From: Elainellaceae cyanobacterium
GTDB taxonomy: Bacteria > Cyanobacteriota > Cyanobacteriia > CAZCXK01
Reading direction: 5' to 3'
DNA: 10,480 bases
Assembly (NCBI GenBank): GCA_051117555.1
Contig: JBNPEG010000199.1
Span: forward strand, 1 to 10,480
Of the stretch, positions 8,754 through 10,480 are shown piece after piece. The notes beneath the pieces are model-generated. The model searched no databases, was not told the DNA's origin, and worked only from the letters and a program-made list of their open reading frames with translations. The translations under genes and the position numbers were made by a program. Within the stretch, counting starts at the first letter, position 1. Each line of letters begins with the position of its first letter.

Positions 8754-9665
8754 TCAAAGATGATGATATAGCTCAGAGGCTGCCCGGTGAAGCAGCGAAT
8801 GGCAATAGGCAAGGCTATGAAAGTCTTCTGAATAGCCCCCGCCGATCACACATGCCACCGGATATCGAGCCGCTAGACACGTGCTCAACACCTGCATGTC
8901 GCGGCGAAAGATGCCGCTGTCGGTGAGCGCGAGTTTGCCGAGGCGATCGCCCACGTGAGTATCCACGCCTGCATCGTAGAGAACCAGATCGGGTTGAATT
9001 TCCGATAACAAGTCGGGGAGATAATGGGCGAGGGTTTGCAGATAGGCGTTGTCTTCCATGCCTTCAGGAAGCGGCACGTCTAGGTCACTGTGCTGCTTGC
9101 GGCTTGGAAAATTAATCTCGCAGTGCATTGAAAAAGTAAACACCGTGGGGTCATCACGGAAAATAAAGGCAGTGCCGTCGCCTTGGTGCACGTCTAAATC
9201 CACAATCAAAATCGTCTCCGCGAGCCCCAAGTGCTGAATTGTGCGAGTGGCGATCGCCAAATCATTGAAAATGCAAAACCCGGAACCAAAGTCAGGAAAC
9301 GCATGATGCGTGCCGCCCACCGTATTGCACGCTAAGCCGTGTTCTAGGGCAAGCTGAGCCGTAAGAATCGTGCCGCCGACTGCGATGCAGGTTCGATGTG
9401 CCAATTCAGGACTCCACGGCAAGCCAATTCGTCGCTGCGCTTTGGGGTGAAGCGTTCCTTCCCGGTAGTCGCGCACATAATCAGGTAGGTGAACTAACTC
9501 GATCCACTCGTCAGAAGGCAGTTCGGGTGTATGAAACTGAGACGGATGGGCAACGCCATCTGCCAGCAGTACTTCATAGAGCATCCCAAATTTTGCCATC
9601 GGGAATCGATGCCCAGCGGGTAGCGGTGCAACGTAGTCGGGATGATAAACCAGCGGAAGATCCAT
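8754..9665 (-). CDS. Histone deacetylase family (Zn-dependent deacylase) protein
   Basis: HRFPMAKF, GGTHHA, GFCIFND, DLDVHQGDGT, YDAGVD, GGGY motifs all intact. ATG at 9665 (MDLPLVYH) is preferred over 9689. Confidence 0.95.
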   Translation of the reverse strand: MDLPLVYHPDYVAPLPAGHRFPMAKFGMLYEVLLADGVAHPSQFHTPELPSDEWIELVHLPDYVRDYREGTLHPKAQRRIGLPWSPELAHRTCIAVGGTILTAQLALEHGLACNTVGGTHHAFPDFGSGFCIFNDLAIATRTIQHLGLAETILIVDLDVHQGDGTAFIFRDDPTVFTFSMHCEINFPSRKQHSDLDVPLPEGMEDNAYLQTLAHYLPDLLSEIQPDLVLYDAGVDTHVGDRLGKLALTDSGIFRRDMQVLSTCLAARYPVACVIGGGYSEDFHSLAYCHSLLHRAASELYHHL

Positions 9666-9713
9666 GCAAAACCTAGTCGGTATGTCCACAATTTGGTTTC
9701 ATTGGCAGCAGAG

Positions 9714-9755
9714 GACAGGGTGATAAAGACAGGGTGATAGAGACAGGGCGATCGC
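9714..9755 (+). repeat. 14-bp tandem repeat x3, the third copy ending in a HIP1 site
   Basis: gacagggtgataaa / gacagggtgataga / gacagggcgatcgc. Confidence 0.8.
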
Positions 9756-9872
9756 CAACGTGTCTATCCCTGAAGACGGTTATCCTTTTGCCGCTTTTCT
9801 GCTTCTATAAGATTTTTTACATCGACCATATCATCCTAACCCTGATATCCATCCCTGGTGTATCGCCCTTGA

Positions 9873-9900
9873 GTAGGGGCAAACAGCCATTTTCTCTTAC
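9873..9900. repeat. Degenerate GTAG-type REP-like palindrome
   Basis: gtaggggcaaacagccattttctcttac, 28 bp, differs at 5 positions from the perfect palindrome gtaggggcaaacggccgtttgcccctac. Confidence 0.6.
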
Positions 9901-9942
9901 AGCGTGTCGGTTCTTATAGAGGAATAGTTAAGGCCAATTCTC

Positions 9943-9974
9943 GATTTTGGATTTTGGATTTTGGATTTTAGATT
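9943..9974 (-). repeat. Short tandem heptamer repeat (CAAAATC)n, STRR-like, reverse orientation
   Basis: gattttg x3, gatttta, gatt on the plus strand. Confidence 0.85.
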
Positions 9975-10053
9975 GCCGGATATAATCGCTGACAGTACCA
10001 GTAGGGTGGGCACTATATGTGTTTAGCGTATGGTAGGCCCCCCGCTGTCGCTG

Positions 10054-10121
10054 CCTCCTTGGAGGGGCTAGGGATGGGTTAGCCAGGAGTGGGCTGGGCA
10101 CCCTAAACCCATCACCCTCGC
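10054..10121 (+). repeat. GC-rich REP-like hairpins upstream of the DUF559 gene
   Basis: cctcc-tt-ggagg (10054-10065) followed by ggctagggatgggtt. gatgggtt (10073-10080) is complementary to aacccatc (10106-10113). Confidence 0.55.
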
Positions 10122-10134
10122 GCATCCGCTACCT

Positions 10135-10480
10135 ATGAAACACCCCATCATCCCCTACAATCCCAAACTCAAAGAACGCGCCCGTCAGCTTCGCAACAAT
10201 ATGACCCCAGGCGAGCACAAGCTTTGGCAGCAACTCAAAGGCAAACAGATGATGGGCTACGACTTCGATCGCCAGCGACCTATCGACCAATTCATCGTTG
10301 ACTTCTACTGCAAAGCCCTCATGCTCGCCATTGAAATTGATGGCTCGTCCCACGACAGCCCCGAAGCCCAAGAGCGCGATCGCGCCCGACAAACACGCCT
10401 GGAGTCCTTGGGGGTTAGATTTCTGCGGTTTCGAGAAGAAGAAGTACAACATCAGTGCGATCGCATTTTAGACGTAATAC
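10135..10480 (+). CDS. DUF559 / Vsr-like endonuclease domain protein (3' end beyond window)
   Basis: Manual translation: MKHPIIPYNPKLKERARQLRNNMTPGEHKLWQQLKGKQMMGYDFDRQRPIDQFIVDFYCKALMLAIEIDGSSHDSPEAQERDRARQTRLESLGVRFLRFREEEVQHQCDRILDVI. Characteristic ARxLRxxMT, E.kLW, RQ.PI..FIVDFYC, IEIDG..H, RD..R...L...G..vLRF motifs. No stop codon in the window. Confidence 0.92.
   Translation, partial: MKHPIIPYNPKLKERARQLRNNMTPGEHKLWQQLKGKQMMGYDFDRQRPIDQFIVDFYCKALMLAIEIDGSSHDSPEAQERDRARQTRLESLGVRFLRFREEEVQHQCDRILDVI

Larger units (their letters stand above)
206..10464. repeat. Dispersed HIP1 octamers GCGATCGC
   Basis: 16 copies counted by eye, starting at 206, 1223, 1557, 1858, 2878, 3780, 5748, 6815, 7334, 7766, 7859, 8943, 9250, 9748, 10376 and 10457. 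Chance expectation is below one per window. Confidence 0.9.

Noticed and set aside
176..9691. Remaining short ORFs in the track overlapping the main genes
   Set aside because: All lie antisense to or out of frame with well-supported CDSs and lack motifs.
9734..9919. 61-aa hydrophobic ORF (+)
   Set aside because: Starts inside a tandem repeat and runs through a decayed palindrome; no recognisable motif.
9804..9920. 9-bp inverted repeat tctataaga/tcttataga as MITE ends
   Set aside because: Short and AT-rich, plausible by chance, with no target-site duplication seen.
9928..10125. 65-aa ORF ending SKIQNPKSKIENWP
   Set aside because: Translation of the heptamer repeat and REP-like DNA; no sign of a real protein.
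10129..10452. 107-aa minus-strand ORF from the track
   Set aside because: Antisense shadow of the plus-strand DUF559 gene, which has clear family motifs.

Overview
Cyanobacterial chromosomal DNA: I counted 16 HIP1 octamers (GCGATCGC) in 10.5 kb, plus heptamer tandem repeats. In order it holds: a STAND/NB-ARC NTPase with an N-terminal helical domain, a pentapeptide segment and 14 WD40 repeats (+); a translationally coupled cheB-like methylesterase and CheR-PAS-coiled coil-PAS pair with no chemoreceptor or kinase nearby (-); a glutathione S-transferase (-); a basic hypothetical protein with degenerate RTX-like motifs (+); a mazEF/pemIK toxin-antitoxin pair with a palindromic operator (+); a histone deacetylase-family protein (-); a roughly 450 bp intergenic mosaic of tandem and REP-like palindromic repeats; and a DUF559/Vsr-like endonuclease gene (+) that the ORF track missed because it runs off the window end. 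The best leads are the DUF559 gene with its upstream palindromes and the receptor-less CheB/CheR module, whose Glu-rich heptad coil carries an exact 42-bp duplication. Both functional interpretations are hypotheses. All family assignments come from motif recognition, not database searches.
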